Assembly: GCF_001997385.1 (NCBI RefSeq)
Contig: NZ_CP019633.1
Span: forward strand, 1,770,001-1,802,000
Source of the DNA: Sedimentisphaera cyanobacteriorum
Lineage (GTDB): Bacteria > Planctomycetota > Phycisphaerae > Sedimentisphaerales > Sedimentisphaeraceae
Direction of reading: 5' to 3'
Length of the DNA: 32,000 nucleotides
Shown here: piece after piece, positions 1 through 9,460 of the stretch
Numbering within the stretch: the stretch's first letter is position 1
Layout: every line of letters starts with the position of its first letter
The notes under the pieces: model-generated
Databases searched by the model: none
What the model was told of the DNA's origin: nothing
What the model saw: the letters and a program-made list of their open reading frames with translations, nothing else
Position numbers and translations under genes: made by a program

Positions 1-2
1 GC

Positions 3-1619
3 CTTCTGCTTGGTGCTGTAACTTATTCAGGGGCTCTGACAATCAAATCCCTCGGCGGGAACATGGGCATGGATATAAGCCTTTTTAAGGGCTCTGTGGC
101 TATTGGCCTTATAGCTATGTTCTATGTGGCCTCGGGCGGGCTTAAGGCCTGTGCGTGGGCTGATTTGCTTCAGGGTTCTGCTCTGATTGTCGGCGGAGCT
201 ATTATTCTTTTCTTCGCAATGGACAAGATGGGCAATGCAGATGAGCTTACAAAGGTAGTGGATGCTACATCAGGAAAAGTTGTTGAACAGACATTCAGCG
301 CAGACAAATCAGCCCTTGAACGTTTCTGGTCTCTGAATAAGGAACGAATGAATATGTTCCTTCCTGCAAGCGATATGACCCTCCCTTGGACAGCCCTGAT
401 AATCGGACTGTGGATTCCGAACTTCTACTACTGGGGTTTGAACCAGTACATTACCCAGAGAACTCTCGGTTCTGCTTCCCTTGCAGAAGGTCAAAAGGGC
501 ATTGTGTTTGCGGCAGCGATGAAGGTGGTTGTTCCGTTTGTGATTGTTGTGCCGGGTATAATGGCTTTCAACCTGTTTGCAGGCAATATGCAGGTGGCAG
601 CGGTTGACGGAAATACGCCTGTATTCGCCCAATACTACAAGACTAATCCGGATACAGAAGCGATCATTGTTGATAAATCACCCACTAAAGAGGAAATACA
701 GTCTTGGCCAAAAGAAGATCAGGTTATGCTTGCTGTATTCGATACTGAAGAAGCTTTAAGCGAGACATACACAAACCACCCGTATGTATATCCTATAACA
801 CAAGAAGAATATAAGAACATAGAGGCAAATGAAAATGTTGAATTTGTATGCCACGATTCTTCAGTAACAAGCGCTTTTCCGACTCTAAGCAAAGAGCTGG
901 AAAAATATAATGCCTCAATAGGAGGAAAATCTGAAAAGAAATTTTTCCTTGCCTACAAATACGATACGGCGCTTGCTCAGCTGCTCGGCGGAGTGCTCCC
1001 GCAGAATACAGGTCTTACAGGATTTGTGCTTGCAGCACTGCTTGGCGCTGTTGTGAGTTCGCTTGCAGCCCTTCTGAACGCTGCTTCTACAATCTTCTCA
1101 ATGGATATCTTCAAGAAATACCTCAATCCGGGAATTTCTCAGGACGGTATCCTGAAGCTTGGAAGAATTAGTGTTTTGGTGTTCTCGGCAATTGCGATAT
1201 TCCTCGCACCTCAGCTGGGCAACCCGAAATTCAGCAGTATATTTACTGTTATTCAGGAAGGACAGGGAATCCTCAGTCCTGGCGTACTCGCTGTATTTGC
1301 ATTCGGGCTTATATCCAAGAAGGCTCCGAGGTATGCAGGGCTAGTAGGGCTTGTGCTTAATGCGGTTGTTTATATCGGGCTTATGCTTTTGGTACCTGAG
1401 CTGAACTTCCTCAACAGGATGGCAATATGCCTCGGGCTTTGCCTTGTAGCTCTTACGATTATGAGAATTGCTACGCCTCTGAAAGAGCCTGTTCAGATCA
1501 AGAAGAATACAACAATTGAACTGGATGTGCATTCAGGAGCCAAGATTGCAGGTGCTGCAGTTATTGTAGTAGTTGTGCTGCTTTACTTCCTGTTCAGCCC
1601 AATCGGCCTTATCAGATAG
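3..1619 (+). CDS. Sodium:solute symporter family (SSF/SGLT-like) transporter, N-terminus outside window
   Basis: The frame of ORF 63-1619 stays open back to nt 3, so the M at 63 is internal. Highly hydrophobic multi-TM protein with SSF-type signatures recalled from SGLT-like symporters (GGLKA..W.D..QG; WGLNQYITQR.L.A.S; C-terminal TM bundle). A hairpin terminator follows. Confidence 0.8.
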   Translation, partial: LLLGAVTYSGALTIKSLGGNMGMDISLFKGSVAIGLIAMFYVASGGLKACAWADLLQGSALIVGGAIILFFAMDKMGNADELTKVVDATSGKVVEQTFSADKSALERFWSLNKERMNMFLPASDMTLPWTALIIGLWIPNFYYWGLNQYITQRTLGSASLAEGQKGIVFAAAMKVVVPFVIVVPGIMAFNLFAGNMQVAAVDGNTPVFAQYYKTNPDTEAIIVDKSPTKEEIQSWPKEDQVMLAVFDTEEALSETYTNHPYVYPITQEEYKNIEANENVEFVCHDSSVTSAFPTLSKELEKYNASIGGKSEKKFFLAYKYDTALAQLLGGVLPQNTGLTGFVLAALLGAVVSSLAALLNAASTIFSMDIFKKYLNPGISQDGILKLGRISVLVFSAIAIFLAPQLGNPKFSSIFTVIQEGQGILSPGVLAVFAFGLISKKAPRYAGLVGLVLNAVVYIGLMLLVPELNFLNRMAICLGLCLVALTIMRIATPLKEPVQIKKNTTIELDVHSGAKIAGAAVIVVVVLLYFLFSPIGLIR

Positions 1620-1644
1620 GCAAATTACATTTAAACCAAATACC

Positions 1645-1678
1645 AAGACCCTTCCGCATATTGGAAGGGTCTTTTTTT
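1645..1678 (+). terminator. Rho-independent terminator of the transporter gene
   Basis: Perfect 11-bp stem AAGACCCTTCC / GGAAGGGTCTT (1645-1655 / 1663-1673), 7-nt loop, T-run 1672-1678. Confidence 0.8.
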
Positions 1679-1829
1679 GTCCTTACAAAACTCCAACAGC
1701 AAAAAAAACGGCCTTGAGAAACAAATAAGTTGAAAATTTTGCAATGGTTTATAGAATCATTACAGGTTATATTACTTTTGTACATTGCTGTTTTAATTGA
1801 ATTATTAGTATTACTTGCAGAGATTGTTT

Positions 1830-3209
1830 ATGCCTCCTCAAATAGTTTCAAGTATCTTTGAATCAAGAAATGGGCACAGGTGGATTTTCTGGGATCTTTT
1901 GGCGTGTTTTCTTTCGCTTTTCCTTGCGATGACTTTTACTCCAGCTAATACTCTCACCTTTTTGGGGCTAAAAGTTTCCATATCTATAGTGTATGCAGTT
2001 CTAACGACTGTTGTAATCAGGCTTTGCGGGGTAAGTGTGCCCGGTAAAGACTTTTCTTATTCGCGATTGGAGCTTTTCTTTGCAACCGCAATCGGCACGG
2101 GCGTTTCATTCCTCTGCCTGCAGTTTCTCGGGAGTTTGTGCTACTATCAGTTCGCACGTACAGTAACGGCAACAATACTCATATTCACGTTCGTTTCGAT
2201 TTTTATTCCCCGTCTTCTGGCCATAGAGTTTATGATGGTAAAGGCTGTTAAAATCGCCCTTTACCCAAGCGGGCCGAACGCAGAAGCTCTTCAGGAAAGG
2301 CTCAAGGAAAAAACCAACTTTGAAGTGGCAGCGGTTTTATGCGATTCCCGCTATTCGGGCGAACTGAAGGACGGGATTATGATAGACCTTCAGGAAAATT
2401 CAAAAGATGAAATTATCAAAGAGCTTAAAAATAAACAGGTAGAAATGGTGGTGCTTTGCGAAATAAAAGACCTGCCTCAAAAAACAGGAAAAATTCTGAT
2501 GGATGTGCCCCTTTACGGGATAGACATTTTGAGCAAGGGGGCATTTGTTGAAAATTACTTCCGCGAGATTTCCCTTAACTATGCCAACCTGCACTGGATG
2601 GCCTCTCATCGCTCACTTCCCGGAAACACAGCAATATTCTCAGCAAAAAGGATATTCGATATTTTAGTCGCCGGCATAGTTTTTCTATTATCTCTTCCTT
2701 TATGGCCTCTTATAGCTTTGGCTATTCGCATAGACAGCAAAGGCAAGGCGATGTTTGTTCAGCAGAGGGTAGGGATGTACGGCAAATTATTTAACGTTTA
2801 TAAATTTCGCACTATGGTGGACGGCGCAGAAAAAAACGGGACGCATTGGACAGTAGAGTCTGATGCACGAATAACAAAGTTAGGCTCATTTCTGCGAAAA
2901 ACACGGCTGGATGAACTGCCTCAGCTTATAAACATTCTTAAGGGTAATATGTCTATTGTAGGGCCGAGGCCTGAGGCTGTTAAGCTTGCAAGGATGTATG
3001 AGGCGCAAATCCCCTATTACCACCGAAGATATCTTGTTCCTCCCGGACTTACAGGCTGGGCTCAGATATGCTACAAATACGGTGCGAGCGTAGAGGATTC
3101 CCGCCGCAAGCTTGAGTACGACCTGTACTACATCCGTCATCTCTCGCTTTTGTTTGATGTACAGATAATAATCAAAACAATCCCTTCAATAATGAAGGGA
3201 AGCAGGTAA
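1830..3209 (+). CDS. Polyprenyl-phosphate glycosyl-1-phosphate transferase (WbaP/EpsB-type priming sugar transferase)
   Basis: N-terminal TM helices, a cytoplasmic linker domain and the C-terminal bacterial sugar transferase signature (KRIFDI, FVQQRVG..GK.F.VYKFRTM, ITK.G.FLRKTRLDELPQL.N.LKG.MS.VGPRP, PG.TGWAQ). The ORF-track start 1815 is TTG; the first ATG is 1830. Confidence 0.85.
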   Translation: MPPQIVSSIFESRNGHRWIFWDLLACFLSLFLAMTFTPANTLTFLGLKVSISIVYAVLTTVVIRLCGVSVPGKDFSYSRLELFFATAIGTGVSFLCLQFLGSLCYYQFARTVTATILIFTFVSIFIPRLLAIEFMMVKAVKIALYPSGPNAEALQERLKEKTNFEVAAVLCDSRYSGELKDGIMIDLQENSKDEIIKELKNKQVEMVVLCEIKDLPQKTGKILMDVPLYGIDILSKGAFVENYFREISLNYANLHWMASHRSLPGNTAIFSAKRIFDILVAGIVFLLSLPLWPLIALAIRIDSKGKAMFVQQRVGMYGKLFNVYKFRTMVDGAEKNGTHWTVESDARITKLGSFLRKTRLDELPQLINILKGNMSIVGPRPEAVKLARMYEAQIPYYHRRYLVPPGLTGWAQICYKYGASVEDSRRKLEYDLYYIRHLSLLFDVQIIIKTIPSIMKGSR

Positions 3210-3225
3210 GGCTATTCTTCCATCT

Positions 3226-3624
3226 TTATTTCAAGATAGAAATCTTTGATATTCTCTTCCGGGGCATAATTTTTAGTTTCGTTTTATCGCCCGCTTCTAC
3301 CTCAACGGGTGTCCAAGTTTCTGGGAATGCCCCGCCCTTTTTAGAGAAAGAGCTTTTCCAGACCGGCCTGCAGTAAAACGCCTGCCTTTCACTGCCCTTA
3401 TTAACGAAAGTAATGTAAAATGCCGCCTTTTCTCCGCCGCTGCCCGAATTGAAATCGTCTATATGTACATTTTTTTCTTCGAGCTTACCATACCCGCTGC
3501 TGTCCAGATGCACGCCCTGCTCATATAATTGGCCGCCTGAAAACGGCAGAACCGCATCAAACGCCCCGCAGCCGGCCAATGCCAGAAATGCAGCAACTGA
3601 TGCTGTAATAAAAAAGCTTCTCAT
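3226..3624 (-). CDS. Small lipoprotein of unknown function
   Basis: 132-aa ORF 13 nt downstream of leuS on the same strand. The signal peptide ends in the lipobox LAGC. No family recognised with confidence. Confidence 0.6.
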   Translation of the reverse strand: MRSFFITASVAAFLALAGCGAFDAVLPFSGGQLYEQGVHLDSSGYGKLEEKNVHIDDFNSGSGGEKAAFYITFVNKGSERQAFYCRPVWKSSFSKKGGAFPETWTPVEVEAGDKTKLKIMPRKRISKISILK

Positions 3625-3636
3625 AAATCAGCCTTA

Positions 3637-6198
3637 TCAGGTGATAATATTTACCAGCCTGCCTTTAACAGCGATTACCTTGCGTATCTGCTTGCCTTCC
3701 ACAGCCTTAGACACCTTCTCACTGCTCAAGGCGGCTTCTCTCATCTGGTCTTCTCCCGCTTCGGGATTGATCATAATCCTGTCCTTTATCTTACCCTTCA
3801 CCTGTACCGCAATTTCCACTTCCTTCTCTTTTGCAAGCTCCTCGCTGTATTCCGGCCAGCTGTGGTAGGCGAGTGTATCGCCTTCTCCCCCGCAGATCTG
3901 CCAAAGCTCTTCGGCAATATGCGGAGCAAACGGATAAAGCAGAATCACTGCATTTTTTACAGCCGAAAGCGGCTTGAACTTCAGCTTTGCGAGGTGGTTT
4001 ACAAATATCATCATCTGGCTTATGGCTGTGTTGAAGGCGAAGCTGTCTATATCACTGCTAACCTTGCGTATAGTCTGGTGCATAAGTCTTTCGGTCTGCT
4101 CGTCCGGCGGGACATCTGAAACTGTCTCAGAAAGCTTTCCGGTATTCTCGCTTACGACAACGCGCCAAAACTTCTGGAGGAATCTGTGCACGCCTTCAAG
4201 CCCGCTCATACTCCAAGGCTTTGTGGCCTCGAGCGGCCCCATAAACATCTCGTAAAGCCGCATTGAATCCGCTCCGTACTGGCTTATAACCATATCCGGA
4301 TTGATTACATTCCCGCGGCTCTTGCTCATCTTCTGTCCGTCTTCGCCGAGAATCATCCCCTGATTAACGAGCTTCTGGAAAGGCTCGGGGTAGTCCAAAT
4401 AGCCCAAATCGTAAAGCAGATTATGCCAGAATCTCGAGTAGAGAAGGTGCAGCACGGCATGCTCTGCTCCGCCTATATACAGATCCACCGGCAGCCAGTA
4501 TTTCTGTTTTTCCCTGCTGAAGGGCTCTTCGCTGTTTTGCGGGTCGAGGTATCTGAGGTAATACCAGCAGCTCCCTGCCCACTGCGGCATAGTATTAAGC
4601 TCTCTTCTGGCCTTCCGGCCGTCGGGCAGGACAACCTCTATCCAGTCTTTTGCATTTCCAAGAGGCGGCGCACCGTTTTGGGTTGGCTTGTAATCCTCTA
4701 CTTCAGGCAGCATCAGGGGCAGTTCGGATTCGTCAAGAGCGATTCTCTCGCCATCTTCTGCGTGCAGTATGGGGAAAGGCTCGCCCCAGTACCTCTGCCT
4801 GCTGAAGAGCCAATCACGAAGTTTGTAGTTTACGGCCTTTTTACCAAGCCCCTGCTCCTCTAACCAAGATATAATCTCTTCCTTCACCTCAGGCGTTTTC
4901 TTGCCGTTGAACTGGGCAGAATTAACTGCAATGCCCTCGCCATCGAAGCAGATTTCCTCTGCCTGCGCCTTAGCTGCGAGCTCAGGGTCTTCCGGTTTTA
5001 CAACCTGAATAATATCAATCCCGAACTGCTTTGCGAATTCGAAGTCTCTGCTGTCGTGCGCGGGTACTGCCATAATCGCACCAGTACCATAGCTCAGCAG
5101 GACATAATCGCTTATCCATACAGGAATCCTCTCGCCGTTTACCGGATTTACAGCATAAGCGCCTGTAAACTGACCAGTCTTTTCCTTGGCAAGGTCTGTA
5201 CGGTCTAAATCGCTCTTCATTGCAGCCTGCTGCTTATACTCAGCCACGCTTTCCTTATGCTCTTCGCTTGTAATCTTATCGACCAGCGGATGTTCCGGGG
5301 CAAGCACCATATACGTTGCTCCGAAAAGCGTATCAGGGCGCGTGGTAAACACGCTGATTACATCATCAAAACCATCGAGACGGAAATCAACCTCCGCACC
5401 GATGCTCTTTCCTATCCAGTCCTGCTGGAGCTTCTTGATTGAATAAGACCAGTCCACCCCATCCAGCCCCTGCAGAAGCCTATCGGCATACTCTGTGATT
5501 CGAAGCATCCACTGCCTCATTGGCTTTCTGATTACAGGATGCCCGCCCCGCTCGCTCACGCCGTTTACAACCTCCTCGTTGGCAAGAACAGTCCCCAATT
5601 CAGGGCACCAGTTCACCGGCGCTTCATGCTCGTATGCAAGCCTGCGGGAATCAACATACTCCCGAACCGCATCTTTGCCCGCCTGCTTTACAGAGTCAGG
5701 GATTTCAAGCTCCTCAATTGGACGTGCCTTCTGCTGTTCTCTGTCGAAGAAACTGTTGAAGAATTTCAGGAAAATCCACTGCGTCCATTTGTAGTAGTTC
5801 GGGTCGGTGGTGTTAACCTCACGGTCCCAGTCGTAGCTGAAGCCCAGCCCCTTTATCTGCCTTCGCATATTATCAACGTTGGCCTTTGTGGTTTCTGAGG
5901 GGTGTGTGCCGGTTTGAACAGCGTACTGCTCTGCCGGCAGGCCGAAGGCATCCCAGCCCATCGGATGCAAAACGTTGAACCCATTCATTCGTTTGTAGCG
6001 TGAGAAGATATCGCTCGCGGTGTAGCCCTCAGGGTGCCCCACATGCAGGCCCTGCCCGCTCGGATAGGGGAACATATCAAGCACATAATACTTTGGCTTC
6101 TCTGGCTGCATCTCTGCCTTGAAAGTTTTGTTCTTATCCCAAAACTCCTGCCACTTCTTTTCGATCTGGTTGAAATTGTATCTGCCGGGCTTTTCCAT
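3637..6198 (-). CDS. leuS: Leucine--tRNA ligase
   Basis: 853 aa. Class I aaRS HIGH-type motif ([10 protein letters not shown]) and KMSKS motif (QKMSKSRGN). N-terminus (YNF..IE.KWQ..W....F) and overall layout typical of bacterial LeuRS. Confidence 0.95.
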   Translation of the reverse strand: MEKPGRYNFNQIEKKWQEFWDKNKTFKAEMQPEKPKYYVLDMFPYPSGQGLHVGHPEGYTASDIFSRYKRMNGFNVLHPMGWDAFGLPAEQYAVQTGTHPSETTKANVDNMRRQIKGLGFSYDWDREVNTTDPNYYKWTQWIFLKFFNSFFDREQQKARPIEELEIPDSVKQAGKDAVREYVDSRRLAYEHEAPVNWCPELGTVLANEEVVNGVSERGGHPVIRKPMRQWMLRITEYADRLLQGLDGVDWSYSIKKLQQDWIGKSIGAEVDFRLDGFDDVISVFTTRPDTLFGATYMVLAPEHPLVDKITSEEHKESVAEYKQQAAMKSDLDRTDLAKEKTGQFTGAYAVNPVNGERIPVWISDYVLLSYGTGAIMAVPAHDSRDFEFAKQFGIDIIQVVKPEDPELAAKAQAEEICFDGEGIAVNSAQFNGKKTPEVKEEIISWLEEQGLGKKAVNYKLRDWLFSRQRYWGEPFPILHAEDGERIALDESELPLMLPEVEDYKPTQNGAPPLGNAKDWIEVVLPDGRKARRELNTMPQWAGSCWYYLRYLDPQNSEEPFSREKQKYWLPVDLYIGGAEHAVLHLLYSRFWHNLLYDLGYLDYPEPFQKLVNQGMILGEDGQKMSKSRGNVINPDMVISQYGADSMRLYEMFMGPLEATKPWSMSGLEGVHRFLQKFWRVVVSENTGKLSETVSDVPPDEQTERLMHQTIRKVSSDIDSFAFNTAISQMMIFVNHLAKLKFKPLSAVKNAVILLYPFAPHIAEELWQICGGEGDTLAYHSWPEYSEELAKEKEVEIAVQVKGKIKDRIMINPEAGEDQMREAALSSEKVSKAVEGKQIRKVIAVKGRLVNIIT

Positions 6199-6395
6199 AT
6201 TGCTTTGCCTGTATATTAGTGTTTTTATCCTGTTTTCAAAACTGCGGTAAAAGAATGTAATATATTCAAGAGGGCTTTTTTTTCAACCTGAAAGATTTAT
6301 ATACAGCCTGTAGCTCTCCCATAGAATTGAACACTTTAAATTAGACGGTTCCTGAATAATATAAACCAACTCAAATATTTAGAAAGGAACTTAAA

Positions 6396-6662
6396 ATGCG
6401 AAGATCGAGGTTTAGTGAAAGCCAGATACTTTCGATTCTCAAGGAGTCAGAAGCCGGTTTAGAGGTCAGTGATTTGACCAGGAAATACGGCATATCCCGT
6501 GCCACATTTTACAACTGGAAGAGCAAGTATTCTGGTATTGGCGGCAGTGAGATAAGGCGTTTACGCGAGTTAGAGCGAGAGAACGGCAAGCTCAAAAAGA
6601 TGTATGCGGACTTATCATTAGAGAATAACGTTCTCAAGGATTTAATAGAAAAAAACTTCTAA
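6396..6662 (+). CDS. IS3-family transposase OrfA (HTH, leucine-zipper)
   Basis: 88 aa. RFSE.QI..ILKE.EAG..V.DL.RKYGIS.ATFYNWK.KY.G...SE..RL.ELE.EN.KLK is the classic IS3/IS407 OrfA pattern. Confidence 0.9.
   Translation: MRRSRFSESQILSILKESEAGLEVSDLTRKYGISRATFYNWKSKYSGIGGSEIRRLRELERENGKLKKMYADLSLENNVLKDLIEKNF
6650..6656 (+). promoter_or_regulatory. Programmed -1 ribosomal frameshift heptamer A_AAA_AAC
   Basis: A AAA AAC is phased correctly in the orfA frame, 4 nt before the orfA stop. The -1 frame is open from 6653 (KLLKPAERKDFARQ...) into orfB. Confidence 0.75.
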
Positions 6663-6715
6663 AGCCTGCCGAGCGAAAGGATTTTGCCAGGCAGGCACAT
6701 TCTAAGGGCTTATGC

Positions 6716-7540
6716 GTGCAATCATCTTGTAAAGCAGCAGGCATCAGCCGGGGCAGTTTTTACTATACTCCTTCAAGAAACGATGATGCTGAGGTAAAAA
6801 GACAGATAGAGCTGGTAATAGATTCCCGTCCTCGACGCGGATTTCCAAAGATATTCGACAGTATCCGCCGCAAGGGATATAGCTGGAATCACAAAAAGGT
6901 TTATCGTGTTTATAAGGAAAATGAATTTCAGCTTAACAACCGTAAAAAGAATTTGATAAGGCAAATAGAGCGTAAACCTATGCCAGAAGCTACGAGAGCT
7001 AATGAGATATGGAGTATTGATTTTATGAGCGATAGTTTGAGTAATGGTCGGCCATTCAGGGCTTTCAACGTTATCGATGAGTTTAACCGTGAGGCATTGG
7101 ATATTGAGATCGACACGAGCTTACCTTCGCTTCGCATAATTCGTAGCCTTGAATTAATAGGCTCTGATCGGGGTTTCCCCCGCTTTATTCGCAGCGATAA
7201 TGGGCCGGAATTTAGGAGCCTTCAATTTCGCAGGTTCTGCTGCCGAAACAGAATCAGGCACCGCCGTATAGAAGCAGGCAAGCCTCAGCAAAACAGTTTT
7301 ATTGAACGATTCAATCGGAGTTATCGAGAGGATATACTTGATATGTACAGTTTTAAGAATTTATCAGAAGCTCGTAATTTAACTTTAGATTGGCTTATAG
7401 AATATAATTATGAGCGTGGGCACGAATCACTGGGAGAGAAAACTCCTGTAGAGTATGTTCGCAGTTTTTTGCCTTTCACCCCTCAAAATAATTCTGAAGG
7501 GGCAAAAGGAAAAAACTGCTGTTTGAAGGAATTTGTCTAA
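6716..7540 (+). CDS. IS3-family transposase OrfB (DDE/rve catalytic domain), expressed as OrfAB fusion
   Basis: DDE core recognisable (WSIDFM; IRSDNGPEF; ERFNRSYREDIL). It lies in the -1 frame relative to orfA. The GTG at 6716 is only the ORF-track start; the frame is open upstream to the slippery site. Confidence 0.9.
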   Translation: MQSSCKAAGISRGSFYYTPSRNDDAEVKRQIELVIDSRPRRGFPKIFDSIRRKGYSWNHKKVYRVYKENEFQLNNRKKNLIRQIERKPMPEATRANEIWSIDFMSDSLSNGRPFRAFNVIDEFNREALDIEIDTSLPSLRIIRSLELIGSDRGFPRFIRSDNGPEFRSLQFRRFCCRNRIRHRRIEAGKPQQNSFIERFNRSYREDILDMYSFKNLSEARNLTLDWLIEYNYERGHESLGEKTPVEYVRSFLPFTPQNNSEGAKGKNCCLKEFV

Positions 7541-7553
7541 TTATTACTGTTCA

Positions 7554-7633
7554 AAGACAGGGGAGAGGCACACGAACAAGACAAGATTTTAGTTCATAGA
7601 ATTAGACACAGAAAAGATGTCTATGATAGATAG
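7554..7633 (+). pseudogene. 3' remnant of a RelE/ParE-family toxin gene truncated by the IS3 element
   Basis: The frame directly abutting the IS right end reads DRGEAHEQDKILVHRIRHRKDVYDR*. This is the characteristic C-terminus of RelE/ParE toxins (..K.L.L.IGHRKDVY). It has no start codon, the upstream frame runs into the IS, and the stop lies 9 nt before the antitoxin ATG. Confidence 0.6.
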
Positions 7634-7642
7634 GAGTATGCT

Positions 7643-7840
7643 ATGATCAAACTGCACCCGCAAATTATAGGTAAAGACGGTAAGAAACAATTTGTTGTGC
7701 TTCCGTTTGAAGAATATGAGCGTATTAAAGATAAGCTTCAGGACTATGAAGATTTGCAAGAGCTCAGAGAAGCCAAAGCTTCAGATGCCGGCAAAGACGG
7801 ATTCAATCTAAACGAGGCCAAGGAGAAGCTGGGGATATAA
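7643..7840 (+). CDS. Putative type II antitoxin (Phd/YefM- or RelB_N-like), now orphan
   Basis: 65 aa with an AGGAG RBS at 7632-7636. The pattern DGK..FVVLPFEEYE.I...L.D.EDL..LREAKA is recalled from antitoxins encoded downstream of RelE/ParE toxins. It is adjacent to the toxin remnant. Confidence 0.55.
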   Translation: MIKLHPQIIGKDGKKQFVVLPFEEYERIKDKLQDYEDLQELREAKASDAGKDGFNLNEAKEKLGI

Positions 7841-8238
7841 ATCTGCACTGGCGGGCAAGTATTATCTCGGGAAGAAACTATACTGCTGCTGGACTATTCT
7901 TGAAGCCTTTATGCTAATGATGTGTAAATTCTGAATTAGCCGCGTATGAACAGCTATTTGGTCTAAGTCTTTTAATCCGCTGATTTATCACTGACCATTC
8001 TGAGATAGAAGAGCAGATAATCAGGGGTGGTTTGTGCAGGCAGGAGTATATCAGCGTTACAGCAAATCCTGATACAGAAGCCGTCAGAAAAACAATTGTT
8101 CGAAAAGATGGGCAAACTTTGGAAAATATCTGGGCAGGTACTGTTAAATTTTAGTTGAAATTTACCTGCGTTGCGGTTAGGATTTCTGCGTTTACCCCAA
8201 AGATTTTTGATTTTAGCCTATTTCAAAGAGGTTTTTAT

Positions 8239-9354
8239 ATGATCAGTCGAATAGTGCTTCTTCTATCGGCGGCAGCTCTTCTGGCCGGCTGCCAAGAAAA
8301 CAGTAATATGTACAAGCAGTCTGCTGATGTGAGCGGTCTTGATATGGTATCTGTGCCTGTTTTAGAGAAAAACGGCTATGAACTTGAGTGGCAGCGTGAT
8401 ATGCCTATCAAGCAAAACGAAGAGATTAAATTCGTGTTTCGCAATCCGGGCTATTTTCTCGCCCTTACAAACAAAAACGTAATCCTCTGCTACAACATCG
8501 AAACTGGCAAGCAGCATTTCATACGCAGTATTTCCCGCCCCGGGCTCCCGCTTACAGAGCCAAGCGAGAGGGAAGGAATTCTCTACACCACCGTAGGAGA
8601 TGTGCTTTGGTCTATAGATGTTGAATCTGCCAATATTGGGGTAGTAAGCGAACTTGAATCCCCCACCAGAAGCCCTGTTGTGTTTAACAGCTACGCTGCT
8701 TATGTTATTGGTCTTGACAAGAGAATCTCCTGCTACGGCCTTGAAGACGGCGTTCTGAGCTTTCAGGTAACAGCGGATAATGATTCGAAAATCACTACGG
8801 CTCTTGTAAATGATGAGTATCTCTGGTTTGCCACAAAAAAAGGCAACATCTACTGCAGCAGTGCAGATGAGGCCAAAAGGATATGGGCTTTCGATGCAAC
8901 AGACGAGATAAAAGCGGATATTGCAGCTAGGGGAGACTATCTCTACGCCGCCTCAATGGACACTATGCTCTACAAGCTCAACGCCTATACCGGCGATCTG
9001 CAGTGGAAGGCACATCTTGGCTCGCCGTTATTAACAAAGCCGGTGGTTTACGATGATGTAATCCTGCAGCAGACCTCAAGAAACGGGCTGTGCGCCGTAA
9101 AAGCAGATAACGGCAAACTGCTCTGGATGGTTAAAGACGGGATAAAATTTCTCTCGCGCAAGGCAGACAGGGTGTTTGTGCTCTGCGAGGGCGGAATCGT
9201 AAAGAAGATGAGCCTCCGTCAGCAGGAATGCGTAGGCAGTATGAAGGTTGAAAATCTTGATACAGCCTTGGAAAACACAATAGACAGCCGAATTTTCCTT
9301 GTAAGCAAAGGCGGAAGAATTTACTGCCTTGACGCTATAAGAACGGTTGACTGA
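8239..9354 (+). CDS. PQQ-like beta-propeller repeat lipoprotein (BamB-like fold)
   Basis: ATG at 8239 with an AAGAGG RBS gives MISRIVLLLSAAALLAGCQ (lipobox). Repeated propeller motifs are present (LYKLNAYTGDLQWK, LCAVKADNGKLLW, IYCLDA). The ORF-track start 8155 is an upstream TTG. Confidence 0.7.
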   Translation: MISRIVLLLSAAALLAGCQENSNMYKQSADVSGLDMVSVPVLEKNGYELEWQRDMPIKQNEEIKFVFRNPGYFLALTNKNVILCYNIETGKQHFIRSISRPGLPLTEPSEREGILYTTVGDVLWSIDVESANIGVVSELESPTRSPVVFNSYAAYVIGLDKRISCYGLEDGVLSFQVTADNDSKITTALVNDEYLWFATKKGNIYCSSADEAKRIWAFDATDEIKADIAARGDYLYAASMDTMLYKLNAYTGDLQWKAHLGSPLLTKPVVYDDVILQQTSRNGLCAVKADNGKLLWMVKDGIKFLSRKADRVFVLCEGGIVKKMSLRQQECVGSMKVENLDTALENTIDSRIFLVSKGGRIYCLDAIRTVD

Positions 9355-9377
9355 TATTTAATCAGCGATAATCACAG

Positions 9378-9405
9378 AGACGCATTTTAGGATGCGTCTT
9401 TTTTA
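9378..9405 (+). terminator. Rho-independent terminator
   Basis: Stem AGACGCAT / ATGCGTCT (9378-9385 / 9392-9399), 6-nt loop, T-run to 9404. Confidence 0.75.
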
Positions 9406-9460
9406 AGTTTTACGAATATAGCGGTCTTTGCCGCAAATGATTACAAATTACGAGTGTAGA

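Larger units (their letters stand above)
6328..7553 (+). mobile_element. IS3-family insertion sequence (IS407-group-like), apparently intact
   Basis: 1226 bp. Imperfect ~25-bp terminal inverted repeats begin TGAACA (6328-6352 vs reverse complement of 7528-7553). orfA and orfB lie in 0/-1 frames with a slippery heptamer. The orfB stop lies inside IRR. No target-site duplication could be found in the flanks. Confidence 0.85.

Noticed and set aside
63-65. ATG at 63 as the start of the SSF transporter
   Set aside because: The frame is open to the window edge and the visible sequence begins in the middle of the conserved transporter core. The gene is 5'-truncated by the window.
3862-5898. Multiple 60-146-aa ORFs on the + strand inside leuS
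   Set aside because: All overlap the strongly supported LeuRS coding frame on the opposite strand, and none has recognisable motifs.
6284-6328. Left flank of the IS3 element reads ...RFIYSL*LSHRI and shares 9 nt (CATAGAATT) with the toxin remnant at 7595-7603, suggesting a second toxin fragment
   Set aside because: The frame contains a stop and lacks a start. It lies in the AT-rich leuS promoter region and is far too short. The 9-nt match is most likely chance.
7841-8238. About 400-bp gap without annotated ORF; searched for a toxin gene downstream of the antitoxin and for gene remnants
   Set aside because: All three forward frames give only short, start-less peptides with no recognisable motif. 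I could not support any feature.
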